Shown: in pieces, positions 1 through 11,896 of the stretch | Layout of the letters: the number at the start of each line of letters is the position of its first letter | Numbering within the stretch: the first letter of the stretch is position 1 | Assembly (NCBI GenBank): GCA_963796965.1 | Contig: CAWCNS010000009.1 | Span: forward strand, 160,001 to 224,000 | Length of the DNA: 64,000 nucleotides | Direction of reading: 5' to 3' | Origin: Calditrichia bacterium | GTDB taxonomy: Bacteria; Calditrichota; Calditrichia; JAJRVZ01 | Position numbers and translations under genes: made by a program | Notes under the pieces: model-generated | What the model saw: only the letters and a program-made list of their open reading frames with translations | Told to the model about the DNA's origin: nothing | Database searches by the model: none

Positions 1-1
1 T

Positions 2-1327
2 GCCACAACAGCTGCATTTACTATTGTACCACGTCATGTACTCGGTGGAAATGGTTACACACCGCCGAGTGAAAAATTAAATATTGCTATCATAGGAGCT
101 GGCGGAAAAGGCCGTTCAGATATGTATGCTGTCAGTACTGAGAACATCGTTGCTTTATGTGATGTGGATGATCGTAAGGTAGCAGAGACTCTTAAACGTA
201 CCAAAGAAGATTCAGACCGCCAGGATTTGGCAGAAGCATTAGAAAAAGCGCCTAAATACAAAGACTTTCGTGTCATGCTGGAAAAAGAAAAAGATATCGA
301 TGCTGTCACGGTTAGTACGCCTGATCATACACACGCAGTTGCTGCAATGGCAGCAATGCAATTAGGTAAACATGCCTTTGTTCAGAAACCGTTAACACAT
401 TCGGTAAAAGAGGCACGCGTTTTAAGAGAAACCGCCAAAGAAAAAGGTGTTATTACACAAATGGGAAATCAGGGTCATGCCGGTGAAGGAATCCGGTTGA
501 TCGCCGAATGGTTAGCTGATGATGCTATTGGTGAAGTAACAAAAGTCGATTGCTGGACCAATCGTCCTGTTTGGGAAACCGGTCTGCCTTACCCAACAGA
601 GATTCCATCCGTTCCTCCTGAATTAGATTGGGTATTATGGCTCGGACCCGCACCATTTCGTGCCTATCATCCTGATTATTGTCCCTGGAGCTGGCGTGCA
701 TGGGTCGAGTGGGGAACCGGTGCATTAGGCGATATGGGTGCTCATATCTTTGATATCCCCTACGAAACATTAAAACTCGAATATCCGACAAAAATTGATG
801 CCAGTTCTACAAAATTTAATCAGGAAAGCTGGCCTGTCGCTGAGGTAATTCATTATGAATTTCCAAAACGAAATGGACTTCCACCAGTAGAATTAACCTG
901 GTATGATGGCGGTATGATGCCTCCCCGTCCGGAAGAATTAGAACCCGGTCGACGCATGGGTGATTCCGATGGTGGTGTCCTCTATTACGGCGAAAAGGGT
1001 AAAATCATGTGTGGCTGTTATGGAAGCAATCCACGTATCATCCCTGAGAAAAAAATGAAAGAATATGATCAACCGGAGAAATCAATTCCACGTTCTCCTG
1101 GCATCCATCAGGAATGGGTACAATCCATTAAAAAAGGTGTTCAGGCTACTTCCAATTTTGAGTATGCCTCAAAACTGGTTGAAACCATGATGCTCGGTAA
1201 TATTGCCGTAAGAATGCAGGAAAAAAACACCCCGCTGGAATGGGATGGTGTTAAAGGTGAAATTACCAATCTTCCTGAGGCCAATGAATTTTTGATCCGT
1301 CCTTATACAAAAGGATGGTCACTGTAA
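2..1327 (+). CDS. Gfo/Idh/MocA family oxidoreductase (5' end outside window)
   Basis: Frame is open from base 2: ATTAAFTIVPRHVLGG (Tat-signal-like tail), then NIAIIGAGGKG Rossmann motif, STPDHTH, VQKPL, QMGNQG and GALGDMGAH motifs. Confidence 0.92.
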   Translation, partial: ATTAAFTIVPRHVLGGNGYTPPSEKLNIAIIGAGGKGRSDMYAVSTENIVALCDVDDRKVAETLKRTKEDSDRQDLAEALEKAPKYKDFRVMLEKEKDIDAVTVSTPDHTHAVAAMAAMQLGKHAFVQKPLTHSVKEARVLRETAKEKGVITQMGNQGHAGEGIRLIAEWLADDAIGEVTKVDCWTNRPVWETGLPYPTEIPSVPPELDWVLWLGPAPFRAYHPDYCPWSWRAWVEWGTGALGDMGAHIFDIPYETLKLEYPTKIDASSTKFNQESWPVAEVIHYEFPKRNGLPPVELTWYDGGMMPPRPEELEPGRRMGDSDGGVLYYGEKGKIMCGCYGSNPRIIPEKKMKEYDQPEKSIPRSPGIHQEWVQSIKKGVQATSNFEYASKLVETMMLGNIAVRMQEKNTPLEWDGVKGEITNLPEANEFLIRPYTKGWSL

Positions 1328-1351
1328 TATACACTAATCAATAATTCAATT

Positions 1352-1400
1352 CGTAGAGACGTCCCCGAAAACGGGATCTCTAACCGATGGGACGTCTCTA
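1352..1400. repeat. REP-like palindrome GTAGAGACGTCCC...GGGACGTCTCTAC with internal insertion
   Basis: Inverted arms just after the oxidoreductase stop; a compact copy occurs at 3011-3041. Confidence 0.8.
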
Positions 1401-1503
1401 CATATATTCATATTATCCGTTTCTGCTACAAAAACTATCCAAATAAAACACGTATCATTGAATAAAATATCGATCTTTTGACCAGTCTAAGGAGGGAAAG
1501 ATT

Positions 1504-2993
1504 ATGACTGCAGCACAGAATGAACAGATTAATCCTGGCAGATTATTCTGGGGTAGTAATTTTGCGTTGATTGCCACTGCCGTTACTTTTGCTATTATTG
1601 GGGCAATTATGGGACCGCTCAAAGAGCAGTTTGTATTAACAAATGCGGAAGTAGGCTGGATTGGTGGTGCGGCCCTTTGGGGTTTTTCAGTGACCATTAT
1701 TATTTTTGGACCGCTCTGTGATGTTTTGGGGATGAAATTTTTATTGCGTCTTGCTTTGTTGGGACAAGCCCTGGGTGTAATTCTCATGATCCTGGCTGAT
1801 GGATTTACAATGTTGTTTCTCGGTGCCTGGATTATATCAATGGGAAATGGTTTGGTTGAAGCTGTATGTAATCCACTTGTGGCAACTATTTACCCTGAGA
1901 AAAAAACAGAGATGCTGAACAAATTTCATGTCTGGTTTCCGGGCGGTATTGTTATCGGTGGACTAATTATCCTATTTCCTTGATAATATTGGCATTCATC
2001 CTGGCAGATTAAATTAGCTGTCATCCTCATTCCGGCAGTAATTTATGCTTTCCTATTTGCCGGACAAAAATTTCCTGCTACAGAACGCAAGCAAGCTGGA
2101 ATCAGTGGAAAAGAAATGATTACCGCAACCTTACTAAGACCTTTTTTCTGGTTATTACTCATTTGTATGATGATGACCGCCTCCATTGAATTAGGACCGA
2201 ACCGCTGGATTCCTGCTGTTTTGCAATCAGCTGGTATTCCCGGGATTCTGGTTCTGGTCTGGATATCCGGATTAATGGCGGTTATGCGTTATTACGCCGG
2301 TCCTATTGTCCATAAACTTTCACCAACAGGAATACTATTTGCTTCTGCGATTGTAAGTGGTATTTCCTTATACTGGCTCAGTTGGACAGAAACTTTGGGT
2401 ATGGCTCATATTGGCCGGAACAGGTTTCGCAATCGGTGTCTGTTATTTCTGGCCCACCATGATTGGGGTAACATCAGAACGCATTCCTAAGGGTGGGGCC
2501 TTGGCACTTGGACTTAATGGGTGGCGTCGCGATGCTTGTTGTTGGCCTTGTCACTTCCCCTGTGATGGGTGATATTGCTGACACGTACCTCCACGAAAAA
2601 TTGCCGGTAAACGAAACAAAAGCCGTTATGCAACAAATCGTCGACGAATACCCAGCTTTAAAACAGGCTAGTGGAGAAAAAACAGCTGCTGATTTTGATG
2701 CGGCCATAAATGCAGCCAAAGAAGTTATCGCTGCTACCGATGCGAGTGGCGCCTTACCTGAACTTAAAACAGCCAATGCCATGCGCAGTGCTATGGTAGT
2801 GGCACCAGGTTCTTCTGCTGCCCAAGCCTGCAAAGAAAATCCTTGGACCTGCTGAAAACTATGGTGGTAAAATCTCTTTCCGCCGGGTCGCACCCTTTAG
2901 CAATCATTTTAACTATTATTTTTGGTATCCTTGTATTTCCGTGATCGCAAAAAAGGTGGTTATAAGGCAGAAAAGCTAGAAACCAGCGCCTAA
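1504..2993 (+). CDS. MFS transporter (split by several frameshifts)
   Basis: Fragments 1504-1983, 2116-2490, 2357-2572 and 2493-2855 join into one hydrophobic MFS protein (GPLCDVLGMK motif A-like, GNGLVEAVCNPL, FWPTMIG); stop TAA at 2991-2993. Confidence 0.85.
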
Positions 2994-3010
2994 ATAAATA
3001 ATTCGTATGC

Positions 3011-3041
3011 TGTAGAGACGTCCCGGCGGGACGTCTCTACA
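3011..3041. repeat. REP-like palindrome TGTAGAGACGTCCCG-G-CGGGACGTCTCTACA
   Basis: Perfect 15-bp inverted repeat after the MFS stop. Confidence 0.85.
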
Positions 3042-3077
3042 TTTCTATATCACGGTTATCGATAAGTATTAAATATC

Positions 3078-3504
3078 ATGTCTCGTATCAAATTGAACAT
3101 GCCTGAGAATTATTTATTCTCCACAGATATCCCTATCCGAATTACCGATTTAAATTATGGAAATCACCTCGGCAATGACGCCCTTCTATCAATTTTGCAC
3201 GAAGCGCGTGATACGTTTCTTAAATGAATACGGATATTCGGAAGGCAATATTGAAGGTGTTGGAATCATGATGGCTGACGTGGTCATCATCTATAAAACA
3301 CAGGGACATTACGGGGATATATTAAGTATACAAATTGGAATTGATGATATATCGAAAAAAAGTTGTGACTTCTATTATAAGATCTCCAATCAAAATGATA
3401 AAGTCGTGGCATTATGTAAAACTGCTATCGTTTTTTTTGATTATAGTACACAGAAACCCACTGCGATACCACCTCAGTTTATTGATAAAATAACAAAGAG
3501 CTAG
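3078..3504 (+). CDS. Acyl-CoA thioesterase (hotdog fold, 4HBT-like), frameshifted
   Basis: ATG at 3078: MSRIKLNMPENYLFSTDIPIRITD, then NYGNHLGNDALLSILHEAR, joining the 3157-3504 frame. Confidence 0.85.
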
Positions 3505-3552
3505 ACGTTAGACGTAAGACGCTAGAAGCGAGATACGTGATACGCGATACCA

Positions 3553-6500
3553 TTACTCTTTCACATAAAATATCTTATACATCGAAGGAACGACGATAAG
3601 AGTCAGAAACGTAGCAAAAGATAAACCAAATATTATCGTCCATGCCAGCGGATTCCAGAATGCAGCGCTGTCACCTCCCAAATACATTTGTGGATTCATT
3701 TCCGTAAACAAGGTTATGAAATTGAAATTGATTCCCAGAGCTAAAGGCATTAATCCCAAAATGGTGGAGAGTGCGGTCAGCATTACCGGCGTCAAACGCG
3801 TAGCCCCTCCATTGACGATTGCCTCTATCTTATCATCGGTTTGCTCCATGGCATTATCGATATAATCAATCAGAATGATTGCATTTTTAACCACAATTCC
3901 CGCTACGGCAATTATTCCCATACCCGTCATCATCACCGAAATTTCCAGGTTAAAGATTACTATTCCCAAAAGTACACCAATGATACTGAAGAGAATTTGG
4001 AGTGAGATAATCACTGGTTTACCAACGGAATTGAACTGTGCGACCAGAATTATCAGAATTAAAGCCACAGCGATAAACAACGCTTTTAACATATAATCAG
4101 CAATTTCATTTTGCATTTCCTGCTCACCACTAAACTCGTATCGAATACCCTTCTGGCAGACTGAATTTAGGCAATGATTTACGTATTTGTCCTATGATCT
4201 CATTGGCATTATAACCGGTGAGAACATTGGATGCCAGCGTTACAACCCGTGCATTGTCAATACGTTTTATGCCACCATAGGTAGTTATATATTCCACATC
4301 AGCCACTGCGGAAATTGGAATTTGTGCTGGCGGATTATTACCACCTTTTGAGATTGTCAGATTCTGACTTAGCAACACATCCACGTCATCGCGAAAACGA
4401 GGTTCCAGCCTCAATTGTATGGGATATTCATCTTCCCCCTCCCGGAAGGAGGAGATCTCCTTGCCATAAATTGCAGTACGTAATACAGATGCGATATACC
4501 CGGTACTGATACCCAACCTTCCTGCTTTTGCCCGGTCGATATGGAGAATGATTTCCGGTTTTTGTGTTTCCATATCAAGTTGTAAATCTTCGATTCCCCG
4601 AATTTGAAGATCAGTGATAAACAATTTTAAATCATCACTCAGCTCTACTAATTTTTCAATTTTGGGCCCTGATACTTCAATATTCAATGCCTTTCCCGCC
4701 GGTGGGCCCATTACATCCCTGGCAACCTCAATTTCAGCTCCTGGCACACCTTTAACCACTTCGCGCACACCTTCAAGATATTCTAAAGTTGATTTTTCAC
4801 CCTTCCGGTATTTATATTCTACAAATGAAACCGTCACCTTGGCCTTTCTCTCCATTGCGGTCCGGTCAAATGCACCACTACCGGCATTGACAGCGACACT
4901 CGTAATAATCGATTCCACATCCGGATTATTATCCCCCAGTACACTCAGGATTCGAGTCTCAATTTTCTCGGCTACCTTATTCGTAACTTCCACGTCCGTC
5001 CCTTCCGGCATGGTAATATAAGTCCAGATAGCATTTGGATCACCACTGGGCATAAAGGATACTTTTGGCGTTGCCACACCCATCACAAATATGGTCAGGA
5101 CAAGTAAAAGGCCGGTACCTCCAACTACCAGATAAGGACGCTTGCCATGTATGAGAAATTTTAATGTGGCCTTGTAATTTTGTATCAGCCTGGGGAGAAT
5201 ATTTTTCTGGAATTTATCGATTTGCCAGACCATGATCGTTTTCAATAAAACATAGAGTCCAAGACCCATAACGATAAGGTTGGCTAATAGAAATAGCCCG
5301 AATATGTACGATAATAATGCAATAATTAGCAGTGGTATTGATAGCTTCCAGAATTTTTTGCTCAACCGACCATGAGTCTTTTCCTCTGCATTTGCTTCAT
5401 GCTTCATAAACGATACTGCAAAGACCGGATTAAAAAAATAGGCTACCAACAGTGAAGCACCAAGTGTTAATATGATCGTAATGGGCAGATAAGAAATAAA
5501 CTTACCCATTATTCCAGGCATAAACATTAATGGGACAAATGGCGCAACTGTTGTAAGTGTACCGGTAAACACAGGCATGGCCACTTCACCAACCGCTCTT
5601 TTTGTTGCATCTATGATTGACAGGTTTTCTGTTGTGGTAAAATGACGGTGGATATTCTCAACGATTACAATGGAATTATCCACCACAATTCCAAGAACAA
5701 TGATAAATGACATCAATGTCACCATATTCAGATTAAATCCGATCATGGGAAAGAGAACAAATATGATGATTATTGATAAGGGAATGGAAACACCTACAAA
5801 AATAGCATCCAGTTCACCCATAAAAAACATCAGAATAAAGACAACAATAATAAATCCAAGGATGATGGTGTTAAAGAGGTCACTCACTGAATTCCGGGTT
5901 TGCGTACTTGTGTCACCGGTAATCTTGATTCCCAAGGCCGGTGAGGCAGTTTTTTGAAAATCTGCAATCTCAGTTTTTATTTTATCCACAGCTGTAATTA
6001 GGTTCTGACCGCCCCGCTTGATGACCGATAAAGAGATGACATCTTTACGATCCATACGGGAATAGCTTTCCCGATCTGCAAATCCGTCCACTACCTGAGC
6101 AATATCGCGTAGGTAGATACCCTTTTTCAACATGATATCACCAATTTCATCTGTGCTCTGAAACTCACCAACAATCCGAAAATTGCGTTTCATCCCGGCA
6201 GTATTAATAAGACCGCCGGACATGGTCAGATTTTCACCGGCTACCGCACCCTCAATTCGGTTGAATGAGATCTCTGCTGCCTGCATTTTATAGAGATCCA
6301 CGTCAATCTGTATCTCACGTTCCAGAGCGCCTATGATCTCTACCTTTGAGATCTCTTCTAAACTTTCAATCCGGTCCTTCAGGTCATCAGCATATTTTTT
6401 TGCTTTCACTAATCCAACATCACCAAAGAGATTTACATAAATAATCGGTATTTCGGAAACATCTATTTGAATCAGTTCCGGATCCTGATAGAGATCATTT

Positions 6501-6869
6501 GGTAATTCGGCGCGAACATCATCCACGGCCTTTTTCATATCCAGATAGGCCTGAATTGGATCAGTATTTACATCGAACTCGATAATGATCATGGAAATAT
6601 CTTGAAGCGACTGGCTATTGACATGTTTGATCCCGTCAATCCCCTTAAGTTCTTTTTCAATCGGATAGGTGATCAGGTTTTCAATATCAACCGGAGAGGT
6701 CCCAGGATTGATAGTCGAAATCATAAAATAGGGAAAAACGATTTCGGGAAATTTTTCTTGTGCGGTGGAAAGATATTGAATGATTCCGAAAAGTGTGACC
6801 ACGATGATGATCACATAAATGGTAATACTTGTTATCTACTGCTTTATTTGATAAGCTGAATTGTTTCAT
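3553..6869 (-). CDS. RND efflux permease (AcrB/AcrD/AcrF family), frameshifted
   Basis: ORFs 4130-6814 and 3553-4116 plus N-terminus MKQFSLSNKAVDNK at 6869; GIVVDNSIVIVEN, GIVVKNAIILID and RLTPVMLT motifs. Confidence 0.93.
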
Positions 6870-6879
6870 TTGTGATTTC

Positions 6880-8015
6880 CTAATTTTCATTCTGCGAACT
6901 AACCATTACCTGCTGATTCCCCGCCAGATTCTGGAATCCTTTTATTACTACAAATTCGCCGGATTCTAATCCACTAAGAATTTCAATGTAATCGCCATAT
7001 TTTAAACCCAGTTCAACTTTTCTCCTTTCCACAGTCCAGATATCGTTTTCATTTTGTGATGCCACAAAACAAAAGCGATTGAATTCTGTTTTCTGAATTA
7101 TATTAAAAGGAACCGTAATGGACTTGGGATTACTATAATCGTTGATTAATAGTACTGTTAACATATTGGGTTGAATTTCGGTGCTTCCCTTCGGCAGAGA
7201 TACTTCGATGGGAAATGTCCGATTTTTGGGATTAATTACCCGTGCTACCGAACGAACAACACTTACAAAATCACGATTGAGCACAGGAATAGATACTGTT
7301 AAAGAATCACCTACCCGGATATTTCCAGTATATTTTTCTGAGAGATTTGCGGTAATCTTAAGATCAGACAGTTTAACAATGCGAATGGTACCGAAGCCAG
7401 GATTAACCGCTTCTCCTTCCTTGATCATAACTTCATCCACTGTTCCACTGATAGGAGCAATCACTTTAGTCAACATATATTGTTCCCGGGTAGCTGCCAG
7501 TCTTTTCTCTAATGCTTCTTTATTTGTTTTGGCCTGAAGAAACTGAACTTCACTGCCAATCTTCTTATCCCAAAGCCGCTTTTGTCGTTCATACATTGTT
7601 GATGCTAATTCCATATTGATTTCAAGTTCACTTAGCGAATTTTCCACAATAGCGCCATCCATAGCTGCAAGCATCTGCCCTTTTTTTACTTCCTGTCCCT
7701 TTTTTACATAAATCTTTTTTATCACACCAAAAGTACGCGCCGGAATCAAAACATTATTATCCGATTCTACCATACCCTGGATTTTGATATAATGCATAAA
7801 TGGTTTGTAGAGTTAATTGAGAAAGTGATACTACTGTCATTCGGCCGTCGGGAGTATTACTCTATCTCAACATCAAGTGTCGTTCTCAACTCATCAATTT
7901 GATTATTAAGATTGTCACGTTGTTTTTCCAGAGACTTTAACAATTCTCTTTTATCATCACCTCCGCAACCAACGAGAAGAAGAGTTACCATTGCAAATAC
8001 CAGTATATTTTTCAT
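6880..8015 (-). CDS. RND efflux periplasmic adaptor (MFP), lipoprotein, frameshifted
   Basis: MKNILVFAMVTLLLVGC lipobox at 8015; lipoyl-hairpin motifs VKKGQEVKKGQ and APISGTV. Confidence 0.9.
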
Positions 8016-8029
8016 TTTTTCCTCAATAT

Positions 8030-9394
8030 TTATAAAGTTTCTAATATTTTTTTAAGCTGCGTTAGAGCGGTGAGTGCCGTGGACAGGTTTTCCAAATAGG
8101 TTCTTTCCATATCAAGATATTGATTATGCCCCTGAGTTAACTCCAGACTTGAAATGAGTCCCTCACGGTATTTTTGAAGGTTGAACTCGTAAACATCCAG
8201 AGCAAGGTCTCTGTTCGTTCTGGCATTTAGATATCTGTCCCGGGCAGCGACAAGTCCGCCACGGGCTTGCGCGTGCTGCAGTTGTATACCCTCTTTGGTA
8301 TTTTCCAAATCCAGTTTGGCCTGTTCATATTCAATCTTGGCTTTCTGGACCTTGTATATCTTTGAGGATCCGCTGAAAATGGGCCAATTCAATTGAAGAC
8401 CAATTACTGAAGTTGGAAACCAATTCCTCTCAAAATTAAAAAAATTAAATTGATCTCTCTGGGCATCACGCTGAAATGAAGCGAATCCGGCCAATGTAGG
8501 TAAAAAAGTTCTCTTTTCATTTGATAAGGATAGATCAGCAAGATTCACCTGCGTTTCCATCATTTGGATATTAATATTGCTGTCTGGATCAAACATCATT
8601 CCTAAAGATACCTCAATATCAAGGCTTGAAATAACTGCTTCAAGATCGTCTAATAGGTTAATTTTCTGATCAAGTGGCAGTCCCATCTGATAGCTGATCA
8701 ATTTATATGCAATTTCAATCTGTTGATCAAGCGTTTTAATACCATTATCCACCGCATTGTAAGTTATCTGAATCTGTTTAACATCTGCCTGTTCGTTCAA
8801 TCCCTCATTGTTAAGTTCAGTTACTTCGATTTTTGTCTGTTCAAGATTTTTTAATGTTTCCCGCAGGATATTACGACTTTCCTCCGCGATAAGGATCAGA
8901 TAATAGGTATCCGTCACCGTCGCCTTAACATCCAGTTCTGTACGCTTCTTATTCCTTTCCGAAAGCTGTAGATAAACCTGGGAAGCGCTTAAACCGACGA
9001 GATAACTACCACTGAATAGCAGCTGGGTAATCGATACACCAAAATTTGCCAACTGCGGTTTACCAAACTTTACTGGAATGGTTGATCCAGGTTCCCCGCC
9101 AAATATTTCACCCGGAATTAATTGAGTGGGGATATCCATCATATAGCTGTAACTGGCGGATACTTCAACCTGAGGCAATCCAATTCCTCTAACTTCTCCG
9201 ATCTGTTTGATCGCTGCTTCAATACTCATATCGGCTTTGCGTACATCACGGTTATTTTCTAAAGCATATTTCTGTACATCTTCCAGATGGTATCCCTGAC
9301 TTTCTTGGGCTGTTAACTTCATTGAGCATAAAAACAACAAAAGCATTATCAAATTATAGCGATACATATGTCTCATCCATTTTCCTCTACTCAT
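8030..9394 (-). CDS. TolC family outer-membrane efflux protein
   Basis: Signal peptide, two OEP repeats (ALENN, LPQVEVSASY, LPTLAGF, WPIFSG); in operon with MFP and AcrB. Confidence 0.9.
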   Translation of the reverse strand: MSRGKWMRHMYRYNLIMLLLFLCSMKLTAQESQGYHLEDVQKYALENNRDVRKADMSIEAAIKQIGEVRGIGLPQVEVSASYSYMMDIPTQLIPGEIFGGEPGSTIPVKFGKPQLANFGVSITQLLFSGSYLVGLSASQVYLQLSERNKKRTELDVKATVTDTYYLILIAEESRNILRETLKNLEQTKIEVTELNNEGLNEQADVKQIQITYNAVDNGIKTLDQQIEIAYKLISYQMGLPLDQKINLLDDLEAVISSLDIEVSLGMMFDPDSNINIQMMETQVNLADLSLSNEKRTFLPTLAGFASFQRDAQRDQFNFFNFERNWFPTSVIGLQLNWPIFSGSSKIYKVQKAKIEYEQAKLDLENTKEGIQLQHAQARGGLVAARDRYLNARTNRDLALDVYEFNLQKYREGLISSLELTQGHNQYLDMERTYLENLSTALTALTQLKKILETL

Positions 9395-9400
9395 AATTGT

Positions 9401-10039
9401 TTATTTTTTCATTATTCCACTAAATATTAACTCAATATATTCTGACAATATGCCATCTTTGGTAATATCCAATTCTTTTTTTAAATCTTTGTGTAACACC
9501 GAGAAAATTTTTAAAAAACCAATAAGTTGCATCCAGATGATAATCGCCGTTGAAATTTCACCAAGATTTTCACGTATAAGGTTTTCATTTTTTCCTCTCT
9601 GAACCAGTTTAAGCCATGAATTTAAAAAACTTTTTTCTAATTCTTGATGTTTTTTTATATAGGGGTTGTTCTTATCTATATTTGTTTCGTGAGTAAGAAA
9701 GAAAAAAAAGGCCTCAAAATAGTCCGGGTACTTTTTTTGGAAATCAATCAATGTTGAGATATGAATGGCAATTTTTTCGCGTGTATCTGTGGTTTTTTTT
9801 ACAGCCGATTCCATCATTTTAAACAACTTTTTATGCCCCTCCAGATGGATAAAAAAGTAGATTTCTTCTTTGCTTGTAAAATATAAATATAATGTAGCCT
9901 TACTCAATTCAGCAGATTCTGCAATATCATCCATAGTGGCATTATCGACACCCTTTTTAAAAAAGACCTTTACGGCAGCTTTTAGTATAGCTTCCCGACG
10001 CCGCTCTTTTTCCCGTTCTTTTCTTTCGGCAACTCCCAA
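9401..10039 (-). CDS. TetR/AcrR family transcriptional regulator
   Basis: N-terminal HTH 'ATMDDIAESAELSKATLYLYFTSKEEI'; TTG start; first gene of the efflux operon. Confidence 0.93.
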   Translation of the reverse strand: MGVAERKEREKERRREAILKAAVKVFFKKGVDNATMDDIAESAELSKATLYLYFTSKEEIYFFIHLEGHKKLFKMMESAVKKTTDTREKIAIHISTLIDFQKKYPDYFEAFFFFLTHETNIDKNNPYIKKHQELEKSFLNSWLKLVQRGKNENLIRENLGEISTAIIIWMQLIGFLKIFSVLHKDLKKELDITKDGILSEYIELIFSGIMKK

Positions 10040-10073
10040 ACTTTCCCTCTATTTTTTAGAATAAAAGTAACAA

Positions 10074-10090
10074 AATGAACACCAGTCATT
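10074..10090. promoter_or_regulatory. Candidate TetR operator AATGA-N7-TCATT
   Basis: Short palindrome 35-50 bp upstream of the TetR start. Confidence 0.4.
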
Positions 10091-10174
10091 AAATTGGATG
10101 AAAGTTTAATAATTAATTACGAACCATACAAGTATTTGTTACATTTTTCTCAAATACAATTATTGTGGCTTATT

Positions 10175-10431
<257 letters not shown>

Positions 10432-10464
10432 ATAATAAATTCTTTCCTAATTCCAAATCCCATT

Positions 10465-11397
10465 CTAATGATGGCCATAGTTCTTTTCGCCTGCTTTAAC
10501 TTCTAAGGGCAGGACATTTTGGGATGGCGGTAATGGGCAGGTGGCATAGGCCGTAAAAGCACAGGGTGGATTATAGGCTTTATTAAAATCTATAAATCGT
10601 ATTCCCCAGACTATCCGGCGGTGGAATAGAAAGAAACGACCGGCACCATAGGTTTCAATTCCATTGGTTTGATCAGCAAAAATCAAAAACAGCGGCCGGG
10701 CAGATGAATCCCCAAGGGGATCTAATCGGTATTCTTTACCCTTTATACTAAAAACAAGGGCGCCGGGGGATCTTGATTTATTTACCGTTCCTATAATATC
10801 CGGTACATCAATCATCTTTGGCGGTTTGTATGGATCGAGCCTTGCTTCTACCCGCCAGGTTGAATCGATTGGAAACGTTTCAATTCCGCTAAATTCCTTT
10901 AAAAATTTGCTGCCACGATCCTTCAAACGAATACCAAATTTATCACCCCGCTTTATAATAAACCAGCTTAAGGAATCCAGAGATAAGGTAGTTGGACGCC
11001 CTGATATATCCGGCAACACGGTCATCGATGTTACCCGCTTACCACCATGAAGAACATTTACATCGGGATTGATCTCCACACGCAGGTTTTCTTTCTCAAG
11101 AAAATAGGATCCTATAAATTCAGGGGCTTTACCCACCGGGAACTTAATTTGATTATCCCCACTGCTGCCAAAGGTATTTTCACCCTCAGTCAACCAGTAA
11201 AGACCTGCTAAGGTCAACCATCCGGTCTTGGAGGTTAAACGTTTGACCCTTTTGCCATGCCATGAATTGATTTCTGCCTTGTAGGCCGGGCTGGCATTCG
11301 AGTCCTGTTTATTTTCACATCCATTAAAAATAAAGAGAGATGATACAACTATTGCCAAAGCTAATGCTACAATGCTATATATGAAGGATGTTCTCAT
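10465..11397 (-). CDS. DUF1684 domain-containing protein
   Basis: GWLTLAGLYWL, FADQTNGIETYGAGRF and IDFNKAYNPPCAFTAYATCPLPP motifs; probable compensated frameshift near the C-terminus. Confidence 0.9.
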   Translation of the reverse strand: MRTSFIYSIVALALAIVVSSLFIFNGCENKQDSNASPAYKAEINSWHGKRVKRLTSKTGWLTLAGLYWLTEGENTFGSSGDNQIKFPVGKAPEFIGSYFLEKENLRVEINPDVNVLHGGKRVTSMTVLPDISGRPTTLSLDSLSWFIIKRGDKFGIRLKDRGSKFLKEFSGIETFPIDSTWRVEARLDPYKPPKMIDVPDIIGTVNKSRSPGALVFSIKGKEYRLDPLGDSSARPLFLIFADQTNGIETYGAGRFFLFHRRIVWGIRFIDFNKAYNPPCAFTAYATCPLPPSQNVLPLEVKAGEKNYGHH

Positions 11398-11477
11398 TTC
11401 ATGGTTTCCTTTTTATATCTAATCAGGTGTGTCCGGTTTAATAGAAGAATCAATTATTTTACAAAATTTATTTTTAA

Positions 11478-11572
11478 AACCCCTTCTCTTCTTCACGAGA
11501 AGGGCTCCTTAAAGTCCCTCTCTTTGCAAGAGAGGGATTTTCCCGAAGGGATGCCTTCGGCAAGGGTGAGTT
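11478..11572. repeat. C/G-rich palindromic repeat (CCCTCTCT-TGC-AGAGAGGG type) with a 22-nt nested insertion
   Basis: Two hairpins; TCCCGAAGGGATGCCTTCGGCA at 11541-11562 interrupts GGGATTT|AGGGTGAG. Confidence 0.7.
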
Positions 11573-11896
11573 CTTTGAATCAAGTTTCCTCACTGGGAAA
11601 TTAAAAATATTATTTATTATCGTACTGTTTATGAATACATATTTAAATCTTAATCGGATACTTGTGATATCTAATATTAATTAAATCAAAATTTGTAATT
11701 TATCTACTGATAACCACAGTAACTTATGAAAATATTTGTAATTCATCCAAACATTTCCTGATTTACCAGATCCAGACAGGTTATAACCTCATCTCATGAA
11801 CATTAAGTCTTTTTTTAGTATGTTAATTTGCTTACCTTATGCTTTTTATCACGCAAATAAAAGCAAAGATATCTTTTATAATTGTAAGGAGGGGTT

